Of a stretch of 64,000 bases of DNA, positions 9,508-19,297 are shown in pieces. The translations under genes and the position numbers were made by a program. Under the pieces are notes generated by a model, which was given only the letters and a program-made list of their open reading frames with translations, ran no database searches and was not told where the DNA came from. The stretch comes from an uncultured virus (IMG/VR IMGVR_UViG_3300037493_005316) (taxonomy: Duplodnaviria; Heunggongvirae; Uroviricota; Caudoviricetes): IMG/VR virus record IMGVR_UViG_3300037493_005316; one strand, written 5' to 3'. Positions within the stretch are counted from its first letter, which is position 1. The number at the start of each line of letters is the position of its first letter.

Positions 9508-12500
9508 GTGCCAAGATCCCGCGCGAGCACCACGACGCAGACCCAGGTCTCGGCCCGGCCTGTGAACATCCCCTGTCTGACGTCCGACGACTACGTGACG
9601 GTTGGCGGCGGTGAACCTGCTCCGATACCCGTGACGGCATCCCACCCCGACATCGAGGAGATTTACGACGAGGCTCGTGCGCTTCTGCACGCGAACGGCG
9701 TGGATATTCAGCAGCGGATCGGGTCGGGCACGTACGCGACCGTGTTCGCGGTGGCGCGTCGTCGGGACGTGTGCGTCAAGCTCACGCTGGACGTGACCGA
9801 GGCGGCGGCGGTTCAGACCGTTCTTGATGCGGTGGCGGAAGCGTCGGCTCACGGTCACGACCTGTGGGACGACCTTCCCGCGCTCGGGAAGTTCCACTGC
9901 GTCTACGCGTTGCAACTGTCCCTGCTCCCTGAGGGGGCGACGATGTACGCGATCGTGATGGATCGCTACACGCGCCGTCCCGAACCTGAGGTCGAGGAGA
10001 TCCTCGATCTCCGAGGTCGCGCGACGGAGCCCGACACGCTCGGGCAGCGCACGATGGAATACATCTGCAAGAAGTCCCGGCTCCCGGTCCACGAGGATTG
10101 CACGTACGGTGATGCGCGGGCCTATGAACGGGTCAAGGCGGTGTTGGGCCCTCAGTTGACCCGCATCGAACAGACGTGGAAGACGCTCGTAGGCATCGGC
10201 ATCGAGTGGTTCGACCTGCACTCAGGCAACGTGATGCGGGACGCCGAAGACAACCTTCGGATCATCGACCTGGGCCGTGTGTGGACGACGCCGAAGCGGA
10301 TCCCGAAGGTGGGTGGTCACGGGACGTCGGAGCGTCTTCCCACCCGAAAGCGAGCCCCCGTCCTCGACGAAGCCGCGTGGGAGAACTTCGCTTCGTCGTC
10401 AGAAGCGAACCAGGAGTCGGGTCAGACCCTCGGCCAGCGAATGGAAGCCGTAGCCTGGGAGATGGGTTACGAACACGCGAGCACACGGGGCCAGTACGCG
10501 CCGTACTCGAAGCTCGCCCCGTTCGAGCCCTTGGCCCGGTCTGTGGGTGTGGACCTGCGCCGGGAGTACGACGCGGGGTTCGAGGCGTTCGAGGGGTCGA
10601 AGTCGGAGCGGCTCCCACTCCCCCCTGAGTACCCCCTCCAAGATCCCCCGATGTACGCATTCTCCGACTACAGATCGCGCGGGGGGATCCTCGTGTGGAT
10701 GTCGCCGGAGCGTTTCCTCAGCCTTGCACGGGCGCTCGAAATCGACAGCGATTCCGAAGGAAACATCGAAGACCTGATGTTTCTGATGCAACAGGGACGT
10801 CGAATCGACCCTTCAATGTTGGAGATTTCTGGAGACCGCGTCGTTACCCACGACGGGCGACATCGTGCGCACGCCTCGAAACGGCTAGGGTTCGCGGAGA
10901 TCCCGGTCCTTATTCTCGACAAGGATTGGAAGCAGGTCACGGCAGATCGTCTGGATAACATCAAGCGCGAGCGCAATCGCGAAGAGGATATCGCAGACCT
11001 CCTTGAAAGTCGTCGTCTGCACGGACCAAGCCGTGGGGCTTGGGAGCGGCTTCCTGCTCCGAGACCTCTCCCCGACGACGACCGTATCGTTGTTCAGACT
11101 TTCCCGAGCACCTCGACGCTATACCACGGCACGAACGCGCGCAACGTGGAGTCTCCTCGTCGTCCGGTGTGGCTCGCGGTTAACCCCGAGGACGCGTCGG
11201 ACTACGGGAAGAACGTGTTCCAGTTCCGGGCCGAACGCCCGTTGAAGCTGCTGTGGATCCACGCACGCTTCGGGTTCGACACCGCTGCGGCGGTCTTCGG
11301 CGCTCCGCGAAAGGCGGACTCCACTCGCTTCCTGGCTAAGATGCTGTGCAAGTACGGTCTGGACGGGTACTGGTGGCATGACGATCTGATGCCGGGTCGG
11401 GAAGACATCATGGTGTGCAGCGATGTGGGTTTGCACGCGTGGGCTGAGACTTACGAACCCCTCGCCGCCTCGACCCCGAACGACAAGCGCGCCCTTCTTC
11501 TCGCCGCGGCCAAGGCGCACTACGAGGACGACTCCGAGCACTTCGAGGGTGGGTGCGGCGACGTTGCGATGGCGCTCAAAGCGTTCGCCGACGCCATCGG
11601 GCTACAAAGTGTTGAAGTCGCGGGCGGTTACGGGACGCTTCGGAAGCGAGGCGAGAAGGTCTACGACGAAGACGAGGACGAGTGGTACACGGCGACTCCC
11701 GAGCCCGTGATGCACGCGTGGCTCACGATCGACGGTGAGCGATTCGACCCGACGTGGGAGATCGTGTTCGGAAAGACGGGCGCGAAGTACAAGGCCGACA
11801 AGGCAGCGTTGGAGATGGTCTGCGACGTGCCCGAGCCCTGGTTGGTGAACTCACACGTGGAGAGTATCTACAACCGCCTTGTGGGTGAGGGGTGGGATCT
11901 GCCTCCGTTGAACCCGCCTGACGAGGACGGTGAGACCCGCGAACCCCTCGCCGTCTCGGAACGTCTTCAAACGCATCTTCTCGCGGCGTTTGAGAAATAT
12001 GAGTATCTGTCGGGGACCGGACCGGGCTTTGTTTTAACGAATTACGAACACCGACCGCCATCAATCGTGAGAGGTCACGTAACTACGTACGAAGAGGCGC
12101 TTCGCTACGCCGCGACCGAGTTGGGTCACCTTGAAGGCGCCTCTGGTCGCACGGAGCAAAGTATTGCAGAGCGCGAGTCCTGGGTGGCGTCTCTTTTGCG
12201 AGAGCGGGACCCCCTGCGTAGTACGTTGTACGTCGGTCTTTTGAATGTGAATGAGAGTCAAAGCCGGTTAGGGCTTGGACGCGCCCTGTACGCCGAGCTG
12301 GAGCAGTGGGCACGGTCTAAGGGGGCAGGTATCGCGGTGTGCGTGTCCGCGTGTTTTAACGATAGGGAATCCCCTCTCCCGTTTTGGCGTAGACTGGGTT
12401 TTCACGTTGTCTACGACCGCGGCACTCCTGAAAAAGAGGCGGTTATTGAGAAAGAATTTCTAGTCTCGACTTCGGAAGCCCTCGCCGCCTCGACCCCGAA

Positions 12501-12852
12501 CGACTACCCGTGGCTCCCCCTCGACGAGATCACGCCCGCGCTCCCGCTCATGAAGCGGCTCGGCGTCTCCGAGGTCGCGCGGTCCCCTCGCGGCTTCCTG
12601 GCCGCGTACAAGCGCGCGAAGGGGGACAAGCGCCGCGTCGGCACCACCCCAGGCTCGACGCCGAACCGTGAGCCATATCCCTGGTGGCAGCGTCGGAACG
12701 AGTTCGTCGCGCGGCACGTGGGTCAGATCCAAGCCACGCGTGAGCCGCTCTGGAACCGGGATGGGAGCCCGACGAAGAGGCATCTTGCGTTGGTGGCGTG
12801 GGCGTACTCGCCCGATTCGAAGCAGTGGAAGAAGTGGCTGCGTGACCTGTGA
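9508..12852 (+). CDS. polyvalent protein A (1114 aa): kinase / small domain / ParB-like / ART-like / Cys-His-Asp domain / GNAT / C-terminal domain
   Basis: GGAGG upstream of GTG; GSGTYATVF..VKLT..DLHSGNVM..IIDLG; THDGRHRA; TLYHGT..WLA..A.DYG..GLDGY..EDIMV; GGCGDVA..MHAW..FDPT; QSRLGLGRALY..PFWRRLGF. Confidence 0.8.
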   Translation: MPRSRASTTTQTQVSARPVNIPCLTSDDYVTVGGGEPAPIPVTASHPDIEEIYDEARALLHANGVDIQQRIGSGTYATVFAVARRRDVCVKLTLDVTEAAAVQTVLDAVAEASAHGHDLWDDLPALGKFHCVYALQLSLLPEGATMYAIVMDRYTRRPEPEVEEILDLRGRATEPDTLGQRTMEYICKKSRLPVHEDCTYGDARAYERVKAVLGPQLTRIEQTWKTLVGIGIEWFDLHSGNVMRDAEDNLRIIDLGRVWTTPKRIPKVGGHGTSERLPTRKRAPVLDEAAWENFASSSEANQESGQTLGQRMEAVAWEMGYEHASTRGQYAPYSKLAPFEPLARSVGVDLRREYDAGFEAFEGSKSERLPLPPEYPLQDPPMYAFSDYRSRGGILVWMSPERFLSLARALEIDSDSEGNIEDLMFLMQQGRRIDPSMLEISGDRVVTHDGRHRAHASKRLGFAEIPVLILDKDWKQVTADRLDNIKRERNREEDIADLLESRRLHGPSRGAWERLPAPRPLPDDDRIVVQTFPSTSTLYHGTNARNVESPRRPVWLAVNPEDASDYGKNVFQFRAERPLKLLWIHARFGFDTAAAVFGAPRKADSTRFLAKMLCKYGLDGYWWHDDLMPGREDIMVCSDVGLHAWAETYEPLAASTPNDKRALLLAAAKAHYEDDSEHFEGGCGDVAMALKAFADAIGLQSVEVAGGYGTLRKRGEKVYDEDEDEWYTATPEPVMHAWLTIDGERFDPTWEIVFGKTGAKYKADKAALEMVCDVPEPWLVNSHVESIYNRLVGEGWDLPPLNPPDEDGETREPLAVSERLQTHLLAAFEKYEYLSGTGPGFVLTNYEHRPPSIVRGHVTTYEEALRYAATELGHLEGASGRTEQSIAERESWVASLLRERDPLRSTLYVGLLNVNESQSRLGLGRALYAELEQWARSKGAGIAVCVSACFNDRESPLPFWRRLGFHVVYDRGTPEKEAVIEKEFLVSTSEALAASTPNDYPWLPLDEITPALPLMKRLGVSEVARSPRGFLAAYKRAKGDKRRVGTTPGSTPNREPYPWWQRRNEFVARHVGQIQATREPLWNRDGSPTKRHLALVAWAYSPDSKQWKKWLRDL
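11459..12504. repeat. 26-bp exact direct repeat (11459-11484 and 12479-12504) encoding LAASTPND
   Basis: ccctcgccgcctcgaccccgaacgac at both sites, each at a domain junction. Confidence 0.85.
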
Positions 12853-14036
12853 GCAAGAAGAGCCGAAAGCCGAGTCGGAAGCTGCGTGCGGCGATGCGCG
12901 GGGCACGTCCCCGGCTCGAAAAAGCTCTCGATAAAGAGTTCGCGTCGTGGGTCGACTCTGGAGTCAGGCTCAAGAGGTTCGCGGCGAAGTTTCCCGAGGT
13001 TGATTTCCCGAAGGTGGCGCACCTGTTGGGAACCAACGTTGGACGACAGGTGCTTCGGGAGTTGTTTCCGCCGATGCGGACCGAGCGGGGGGATCTCCCG
13101 AGCGCCATCGCAAAGATGGACGCGCGGAAGTCCGTAGCGACCGCGAGGGAGGCGCTTCAGTACGCGCAGACCATCGCGCGCTGGGTCATCGACACGCGCA
13201 CGATTCCGCCCGGAAAGGCGCAGGAAGTCGCGTCCGCCATACAGGTAGTCTTGTCTCTCCGCGAACCGAGTTCTAGGAAGCTCGCAGCGTGGTGGGAAGA
13301 GAACAGCGAGTCCTTCCGTCTACTTGCCGAGGCACTCGATTGGTCCGAGCGCGGTGCAATGGGGCGGTCCATGCACGGCGGCACGTTCGTCGTGGGGCCG
13401 TTCACGCTTCACGACACGATCCACCTGGACGCGGAAGGTCTGAAAACGGTGACGGCCTACTTGGAAACAAGTATTGATGCTCTTCAGGCGAAGGGTCTCC
13501 CCTACACGAAGGTGCTCTACGGCGACGTGTTCATCGTCGGGCAGTTGAAGGGTCCGACGACGTTGGCGTGGTACAGGTTCAAGTACGACAACGTCTACGT
13601 TCGACCGTACACCCGACGGGATCTCAACGTCGCAAAGTCCATCCTGCACGAATTAGGTCACCGCTTTTGGACGAAAGACCTCGATGACAGGCTCCGCGCA
13701 GCGTGGTTGAAGAGGTTCAAGGCGCTGTCCCGCACGCCCAAGATGCCTCCTGTCGGGAGCGTGCTTTATGACGGAGAGAAGGAGGTTCACGTCAAGGAGT
13801 ACCTCTCCAAAGAGAAGGTAGTTCGTGTGGATGTCGTCGAAGCGGGCGAGCGCCGAGCGCTTCGTACCCCGCTGGCTGCTTTCAAGGCGAACCTATCGCG
13901 GCTGGCCTTTCCGTCGATCTACTCAGCGACCGACGTGAAAGAGTTCTTTGCCGAGTCGTTCGCGTTCTACATGCTGGATACACTCAAGGGTGAGCACCGT
14001 GAAGTGTTCGAGCGCCTGACCCAAGTGAAGCCATGA
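12849..14036 (+). CDS. zincin-like metallopeptidase (lethal-factor/MPTase-like), paralog 1
   Basis: ILHELGHRFW and C-terminal YSATDVKEFFAESF (third-ligand Glu region). Confidence 0.7.
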   Translation: MSKKSRKPSRKLRAAMRGARPRLEKALDKEFASWVDSGVRLKRFAAKFPEVDFPKVAHLLGTNVGRQVLRELFPPMRTERGDLPSAIAKMDARKSVATAREALQYAQTIARWVIDTRTIPPGKAQEVASAIQVVLSLREPSSRKLAAWWEENSESFRLLAEALDWSERGAMGRSMHGGTFVVGPFTLHDTIHLDAEGLKTVTAYLETSIDALQAKGLPYTKVLYGDVFIVGQLKGPTTLAWYRFKYDNVYVRPYTRRDLNVAKSILHELGHRFWTKDLDDRLRAAWLKRFKALSRTPKMPPVGSVLYDGEKEVHVKEYLSKEKVVRVDVVEAGERRALRTPLAAFKANLSRLAFPSIYSATDVKEFFAESFAFYMLDTLKGEHREVFERLTQVKP

Positions 14037-15220
14037 ACGCGCCCGCAATCGCCGTTTCCGAGCCCGAGTTCGTCGCGTGGGTCCGCCACGGTGTGGACGA
14101 CTCCACGTTCGCGTCTGAGTTCCCCTCGGTGGACTTCGATCAGGTGTCGGACCTGTTCGACACCGACATCGGACGTCAGGCGATGTGGGAGTTGTTCCCG
14201 CGTAAGCGCACGGACCCGGGCGGGCTCGCAGCGGCTGTCACGAACATGGACCGCGTCGCTTTCCCGGCAAGTCCGCACCGGGGGCAGGGAGAGCTGTGGG
14301 CCGAAATGCTGCTGCTCGCAGGAGCCGCCGCACGATGGGTGCTCAGTACCCGAACCATACCACCCAACAAAGTCAAGGCTCTCGAAGACGCGATACGCTT
14401 GGTTAATCGCACGAGGTCGACACGGAACGTGTCCGCGTGGTGGGCCAGTCACGGCAAGCATGTCCGTCTGCTCGCCTCGGCGCTGAACTGGCCTGCACGC
14501 GTCGAAGCTCGTACGGGGGGACGAGGAGGGACGTTTCGGGTCGAGCCTTTCTTGGTTCACGACACGTTGAATCTGAACCGTACGGCTCGGGAGGAAATCG
14601 CCACCCACTTGGAGGAGGCCGTCAAGGCGATTCGGTCCAAAGGCGTTCCGTATTCCAAAGTTCTGTACGGAGAGGTCCATGTTGTTGGGCAACTCCTGCG
14701 TGCAAACACAGCCGCGTGGTACTCGCCCAAGTACGACTCGCTCAATGTCCGTCCGGCCCTACGTACAGACCACGACGTCGTACAGACGATCTGCCACGAA
14801 TTGGGCCACAGGTTTTGGGAGAAAGACCTTTCCGACGAGCACAAACGCGCGTGGGCCAAGAGGTTCGCGGAGTTGACCCGTAAGGGCAGGTCGGAGACAC
14901 CCGCAGTGGGTGGTGTGCTCGTTAGTGGGGAGGACAGCTTTAAGATTACGAAGTTCGCCAACGCCTCGCGCATGCTTCAGCCCCGTTTCGACTCCCTCAC
15001 GAGGTACGTCGAGGTCGAGGTTACCAGTCCTGCCGGGGTCAGACTCGGAGTCCTTCCCGCCGCGAAGGTTAAAGAGTTTTGGAAGAGCCGCCCTTTTCCA
15101 ACGCCCTACGCCGCGACCGATGTGGGGGAGCTGTTTGCCGAGTCCTTCGGTAACTACATGGTGGGCGAGTTGACGGGCGCGCACTTGGACACGTTCTTGC
15201 GCCTGACCTCGGCGGGTTGA
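14033..15220 (+). CDS. zincin-like metallopeptidase, paralog 2
   Basis: ICHELGHRFW, YAATDVGELFAESF; collinear with 12849..14036, also 395 aa. Confidence 0.7.
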   Translation: MNAPAIAVSEPEFVAWVRHGVDDSTFASEFPSVDFDQVSDLFDTDIGRQAMWELFPRKRTDPGGLAAAVTNMDRVAFPASPHRGQGELWAEMLLLAGAAARWVLSTRTIPPNKVKALEDAIRLVNRTRSTRNVSAWWASHGKHVRLLASALNWPARVEARTGGRGGTFRVEPFLVHDTLNLNRTAREEIATHLEEAVKAIRSKGVPYSKVLYGEVHVVGQLLRANTAAWYSPKYDSLNVRPALRTDHDVVQTICHELGHRFWEKDLSDEHKRAWAKRFAELTRKGRSETPAVGGVLVSGEDSFKITKFANASRMLQPRFDSLTRYVEVEVTSPAGVRLGVLPAAKVKEFWKSRPFPTPYAATDVGELFAESFGNYMVGELTGAHLDTFLRLTSAG

Positions 15221-15316
15221 CTACGTAGTTGAGGCGCGACGGGCTCTGCCGTCACACCTCGATCTGGGTTACAGTGGCCGGGACGCGGCGACACCCTCGC
15301 GTTGAAGTAGGACGAG

Positions 15317-18300
15317 ATGACCCCTCTCGACACGCTGCTCGCGGCCGACGGTACCGCGTACTTCTCCGACGAGGCGATCCAGGGCGCCCTGGCCGACGCG
15401 AACTACCGGTCACGTCGGACGGTGGCACTCATCTCCCCCAAGGACTTCCTGGCTCTTGCTGAGCCGGGGCGCAGCGAGGACAAAGAAGCGGGTGTACGCG
15501 AACTGATCGCCACAGGGACGAGGTTCTCCTCCCTCCCCCTGATCACCTTCGACAACAACGGCGACGGAACGGGGACGGTTACCGGACACGAGGGTCGGCA
15601 CCGGTCCCGCGCACTTATCGCCCGTGGCGTGACGTTGATGCCCGTCGTTCTCAACAGCGCGGAGCAAGGTCGAGGCCCAGCGATCCGGTGGGGAATGGGG
15701 CCAGAAACACACCCCTTTAGGAAGGACCCCCAACCGATCTTCCCCTCGGTGCTCATCTCCCAGAAGCATGGACTGTACCGCCGCCCGATGCCCGTCAGTG
15801 TCGTGTACCCGGAAGCGAGTGCTGAGTACGCTCAGTCCCCGGCCCACGAGTCCCTCATCGACACCCGCACCGCCGCAGGTCCCCGTACCGTCGTCGTAGG
15901 CGACGTCCACGGTCAGACCGCCGAACTGCGCGAGATGCTCACCGAGAAGCTGGTCCCGCCGTTCTCGCAGCAGGACCGCCTGATCCTCGTCGGGGATCTG
16001 CTCTCCAAGGACGCCCTGACGAGAGGGGACTTGCTCGGGGAGATCACGACGATTCAGTGGCTGCGTTCTCTTCGGGAAGCGGGCTATGACGTCGTGTTCG
16101 TGAAGGGGAATCACGAGCTTCGAGCAGAGCAGTGGTGGGCAGGTTGCGCGCCCGAGGGTGGCCCGGATGATGAGAAGCACAAGGACGAGATGCGCGTGAT
16201 CTCGTCCTACCTCTCCGTCGAGGACAAGGCGTTCATCCAGTCGTCGGTGTTCTACTACCGCATCCCCGAGTGGGACGTCATCATCGTCCACGGAGGAATC
16301 CCACCGAAGCTCGCGAGTCTGCCGGAAGACCCTCACGCTGTGGCCTCTCTTTCGGACAAGGAACGGAAGCGGATCTACCAACTGCTGGAGACTCGATTCA
16401 TCGACAAGACCACGGGGAAGGTGCTCCCGAAGGGCGGCGAGAAGGGCAACCCCAACGCCATTTTCTGGGCGGAGACGTACGACGGAAGGCTAGGTCACGC
16501 ATTCTTCGGGCACACGCAGTGGAAGAAGCTCGCGACCCCGAAGGAGTTCCCCCACGCGACGGGCCTCGACCTCGGCGCCGCAGGCGGAAACTACCTCGCG
16601 GCCATCGTCATCGAGGGCGGGAAGCAGCCGTACTACGTGACCGTGAAGTCGCACCAGGGTCGGCACGTGCATGAGCACCTGCGCGCTGAGGCTCTCCGCG
16701 TCTACCAGAACAAGAACACGCTCGCGGCTCCGACGGTCCCGCCGTCGTACACGCTGCCTGAGGGTTTTCAATCTCGGGGTGAGTACCACCTGACCGTGCT
16801 CGACGCGGCCGACGGGAAGGTCCTGAAGACGATCCATGGGTGGTCGAATCGCGTACTGGAGACGTGGTTGGCGGAACAGGTAGCGACAGGCATTGAGATT
16901 CCAGGCACTCCGACGCGCCTTGGAGTCGGGTACGCGACGCAGGGTGATACCGCGGCGTACTACGAGGTGTACGAGTGGCCCGAAGCGCAAGCGTGGCGTG
17001 CGAGCCTCGGGCTCGGCCACAAGGATCTGCATGTGACCATCGGCTTTCGGGGAGCAGATCCCCACGGTGTGTCGAAGGGGCGTGAAACGCTGATTGAGGC
17101 GCTTCGCGTCTCCGGCGATCCCACGTGCAGGGATCCCTTTCTTTATTCTCTCGATGCGGGCGTGCATGAAGGCGACGAGGACCGAGACGTCGACATCGGC
17201 GCCGCTCGCGACGCGCTCTGGAACATGGCTAAGATCGAAACGGGGCCCGTACGCCCCGGGGAAGGGATGTACGGAGCCTTTGGTTGTGGGCACTTCGCGT
17301 GTGCGTTCCCGTTGCCCAGGTATCCCGGGTACGTGATCAAGATCACGGGCGACCCTTCCGAGGCAGCGGCGTGGCAAACGGTGATCAAGAAGGCGAAGCG
17401 GGAGAAGGCGTGGCCTGCGGGCATCGCTCACACACCCCTCGTGTTCGCGTTCCCAAAAGGGACTGATGGACTGCCCTCAAGCCAGCTCTTTGGCGTTGTT
17501 CAGGAAAAGCTGGCTCCACTTCCTTACGCGCCCGCTACGGATGGGATCCTGTGGGAGATCCGGAAGACTATAAGCGAGCGCGCGGGCGACCCTGAATACA
17601 CCCCGGAGCGTCTGCGGCAGACCGTGCTGTACTACGGCGCCTCGGGGTGGCCTAAGGAGTTCTCCCGGAGAGTGCGGAATTCAGCAGAGGAAAAGGCAAA
17701 GGCAGAGAAAAGCATCGTCGAGAACCTTCCGGTATTCGCGAACGCCATGGCGTGGCTTCACTCACACGGAATCCTCACGTACGACTTGAAGGGCGACAAC
17801 GTGATGTCCGGGCCAAACGGCGAGTGGCGAATCATCGATCTCGGAGTCAACTGCGCACCCGCAGTCAAGATTCCAGAGCTTCGGGAGATCGATTTCGAGA
17901 CAGCGCTGATCGGCGTCCGCTCCGAGGCACTTCGTGTCTCCGGCGACCTCGATTGCACCGACCCCTACGAGTACAGCTACCAGACCGGCGAGCACGAGGA
18001 GCGGGACGACCGCTTCGACAACATGGATCTGGCGCTTCAGCTTCTCTCGGAGCAGGTCATCCGCCTCGGTCCCGTTCTCGGCTGCGGCTTCTACGCCTGC
18101 GCCTACCCTCTCCTCGACTACCCCGGCTACGTGCTCAAGATTTCGGGCGACCCGAGTGACGCGGCAGCGTGGGGGAACGTCATTCAGAAGGCGAAGCGCG
18201 AGAAGGTCTGGCCTGCGGGCATCGCTCACACGCCGCTTGTGTTCGCGTTCCCGTCGTCTACGGCTCGGCGTCCGTACTTCCCCGTGCCCCCGGAGACGAA

Positions 18301-19297
18301 CCCGTCGGGGTCGTGGGGCGGGTTGGAAGTCGAGGCAGGGGAGACGGAGTTCTTACGCTCGCAGGCGCCCTCGGTTCAGCTCCCCGCTCCGGAAGGGCAG
18401 TTCTTCGGCATCGTGCAGGAAGAGCTTTCGAGTCTTCCCGAGGCCGATTCCACGTTTCTCACGACATTCGGTCCTCGTCTTAGGACCCGTGGGGACTTGT
18501 CTGACGCCGTGGCGTTCGGGAAAGAGGAGGCGTCTCGCGACGATGCCTATCTTTTGACGCACGAACCCGAACACTTTGGGGTCGCGAAGCGTTTCGACAC
18601 CTTCACGCACGCCCTGCGTTGGCTCGACAAGCGCGGGATCCTCACGCGCGACATCAAGGGCGACAACGTCATGGCCGGACCCGACGGCGAGTGGAGGATC
18701 ACCGACCTGGGGATCAACTGCGCGCCGTCCGTGTACGTGCCAGATATCGAGGACCTGGACCTGCACGCATTGTTGGGGGCGCTCCCGAAGCGAAAGAGTC
18801 CGCTTTCAGAAGCTCGGCGTAAGTTCACGGAAAAGCACCCCGGTGACGCCTTCGAGCCGCTCTCCCTCTTCGGAATGGCGTGCATCGTGGGCGACATCCT
18901 CATGCCGGACCCGATCCCCGGCCTTCCTGGTCCCATTACGGCAGCGGTGTTGGCGATGGACCGGTTACCGGAAAGTCGGCGTCAGGGCTACGATACTACT
19001 TCTGGACAACGCTCTCGGAGCGGTTACACTGAGAACATGCCAACGCAAGCGGAAGAACGAGCGGCGCGTGCCGAGGCCCGTCGCAGAAAGGGGGGATCTT
19101 CACAGGTCATTCGCCTGACGGATCAGGACGCCTCGGACGCGTTCGATGATGCTTTCTGGGCGGCAGCGACTCCGTCCGAGAGGTTCATCGCCGGAATGGA
19201 GATGATCCAGGCATATCTCGCACTGAAGGAGCAAGGACGTGGAACTACCAAAGGACTTCGAGGATCTCGTCTCCGCATTATCCACCGCGGGGGCTAA
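15317..19297 (+). CDS. polyvalent protein B (1326 aa): ParB-like / metallophosphoesterase / 2H phosphoesterase / kinase / kinase / C-terminal MNT-partner-like module
   Basis: GHEGRHR; GDVHG..GDLL..GNHE..HGG..FGHT..LDLG; YHLTV..LHVTI; GCGHFACAF..DLKGDNVM..IIDLG; GCGFYACAY..DIKGDNVM..ITDLG. Confidence 0.85.
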   Translation: MTPLDTLLAADGTAYFSDEAIQGALADANYRSRRTVALISPKDFLALAEPGRSEDKEAGVRELIATGTRFSSLPLITFDNNGDGTGTVTGHEGRHRSRALIARGVTLMPVVLNSAEQGRGPAIRWGMGPETHPFRKDPQPIFPSVLISQKHGLYRRPMPVSVVYPEASAEYAQSPAHESLIDTRTAAGPRTVVVGDVHGQTAELREMLTEKLVPPFSQQDRLILVGDLLSKDALTRGDLLGEITTIQWLRSLREAGYDVVFVKGNHELRAEQWWAGCAPEGGPDDEKHKDEMRVISSYLSVEDKAFIQSSVFYYRIPEWDVIIVHGGIPPKLASLPEDPHAVASLSDKERKRIYQLLETRFIDKTTGKVLPKGGEKGNPNAIFWAETYDGRLGHAFFGHTQWKKLATPKEFPHATGLDLGAAGGNYLAAIVIEGGKQPYYVTVKSHQGRHVHEHLRAEALRVYQNKNTLAAPTVPPSYTLPEGFQSRGEYHLTVLDAADGKVLKTIHGWSNRVLETWLAEQVATGIEIPGTPTRLGVGYATQGDTAAYYEVYEWPEAQAWRASLGLGHKDLHVTIGFRGADPHGVSKGRETLIEALRVSGDPTCRDPFLYSLDAGVHEGDEDRDVDIGAARDALWNMAKIETGPVRPGEGMYGAFGCGHFACAFPLPRYPGYVIKITGDPSEAAAWQTVIKKAKREKAWPAGIAHTPLVFAFPKGTDGLPSSQLFGVVQEKLAPLPYAPATDGILWEIRKTISERAGDPEYTPERLRQTVLYYGASGWPKEFSRRVRNSAEEKAKAEKSIVENLPVFANAMAWLHSHGILTYDLKGDNVMSGPNGEWRIIDLGVNCAPAVKIPELREIDFETALIGVRSEALRVSGDLDCTDPYEYSYQTGEHEERDDRFDNMDLALQLLSEQVIRLGPVLGCGFYACAYPLLDYPGYVLKISGDPSDAAAWGNVIQKAKREKVWPAGIAHTPLVFAFPSSTARRPYFPVPPETNPSGSWGGLEVEAGETEFLRSQAPSVQLPAPEGQFFGIVQEELSSLPEADSTFLTTFGPRLRTRGDLSDAVAFGKEEASRDDAYLLTHEPEHFGVAKRFDTFTHALRWLDKRGILTRDIKGDNVMAGPDGEWRITDLGINCAPSVYVPDIEDLDLHALLGALPKRKSPLSEARRKFTEKHPGDAFEPLSLFGMACIVGDILMPDPIPGLPGPITAAVLAMDRLPESRRQGYDTTSGQRSRSGYTENMPTQAEERAARAEARRRKGGSSQVIRLTDQDASDAFDDAFWAAATPSERFIAGMEMIQAYLALKEQGRGTTKGLRGSRLRIIHRGG
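19003..19030 (+). promoter_or_regulatory. possible internal promoter for a leaderless transcript starting at ATG 19037
   Basis: TGGACA-16 nt-TACACT, with GGT before the -10 as in other promoters here; ATG 6 nt downstream. Confidence 0.4.
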
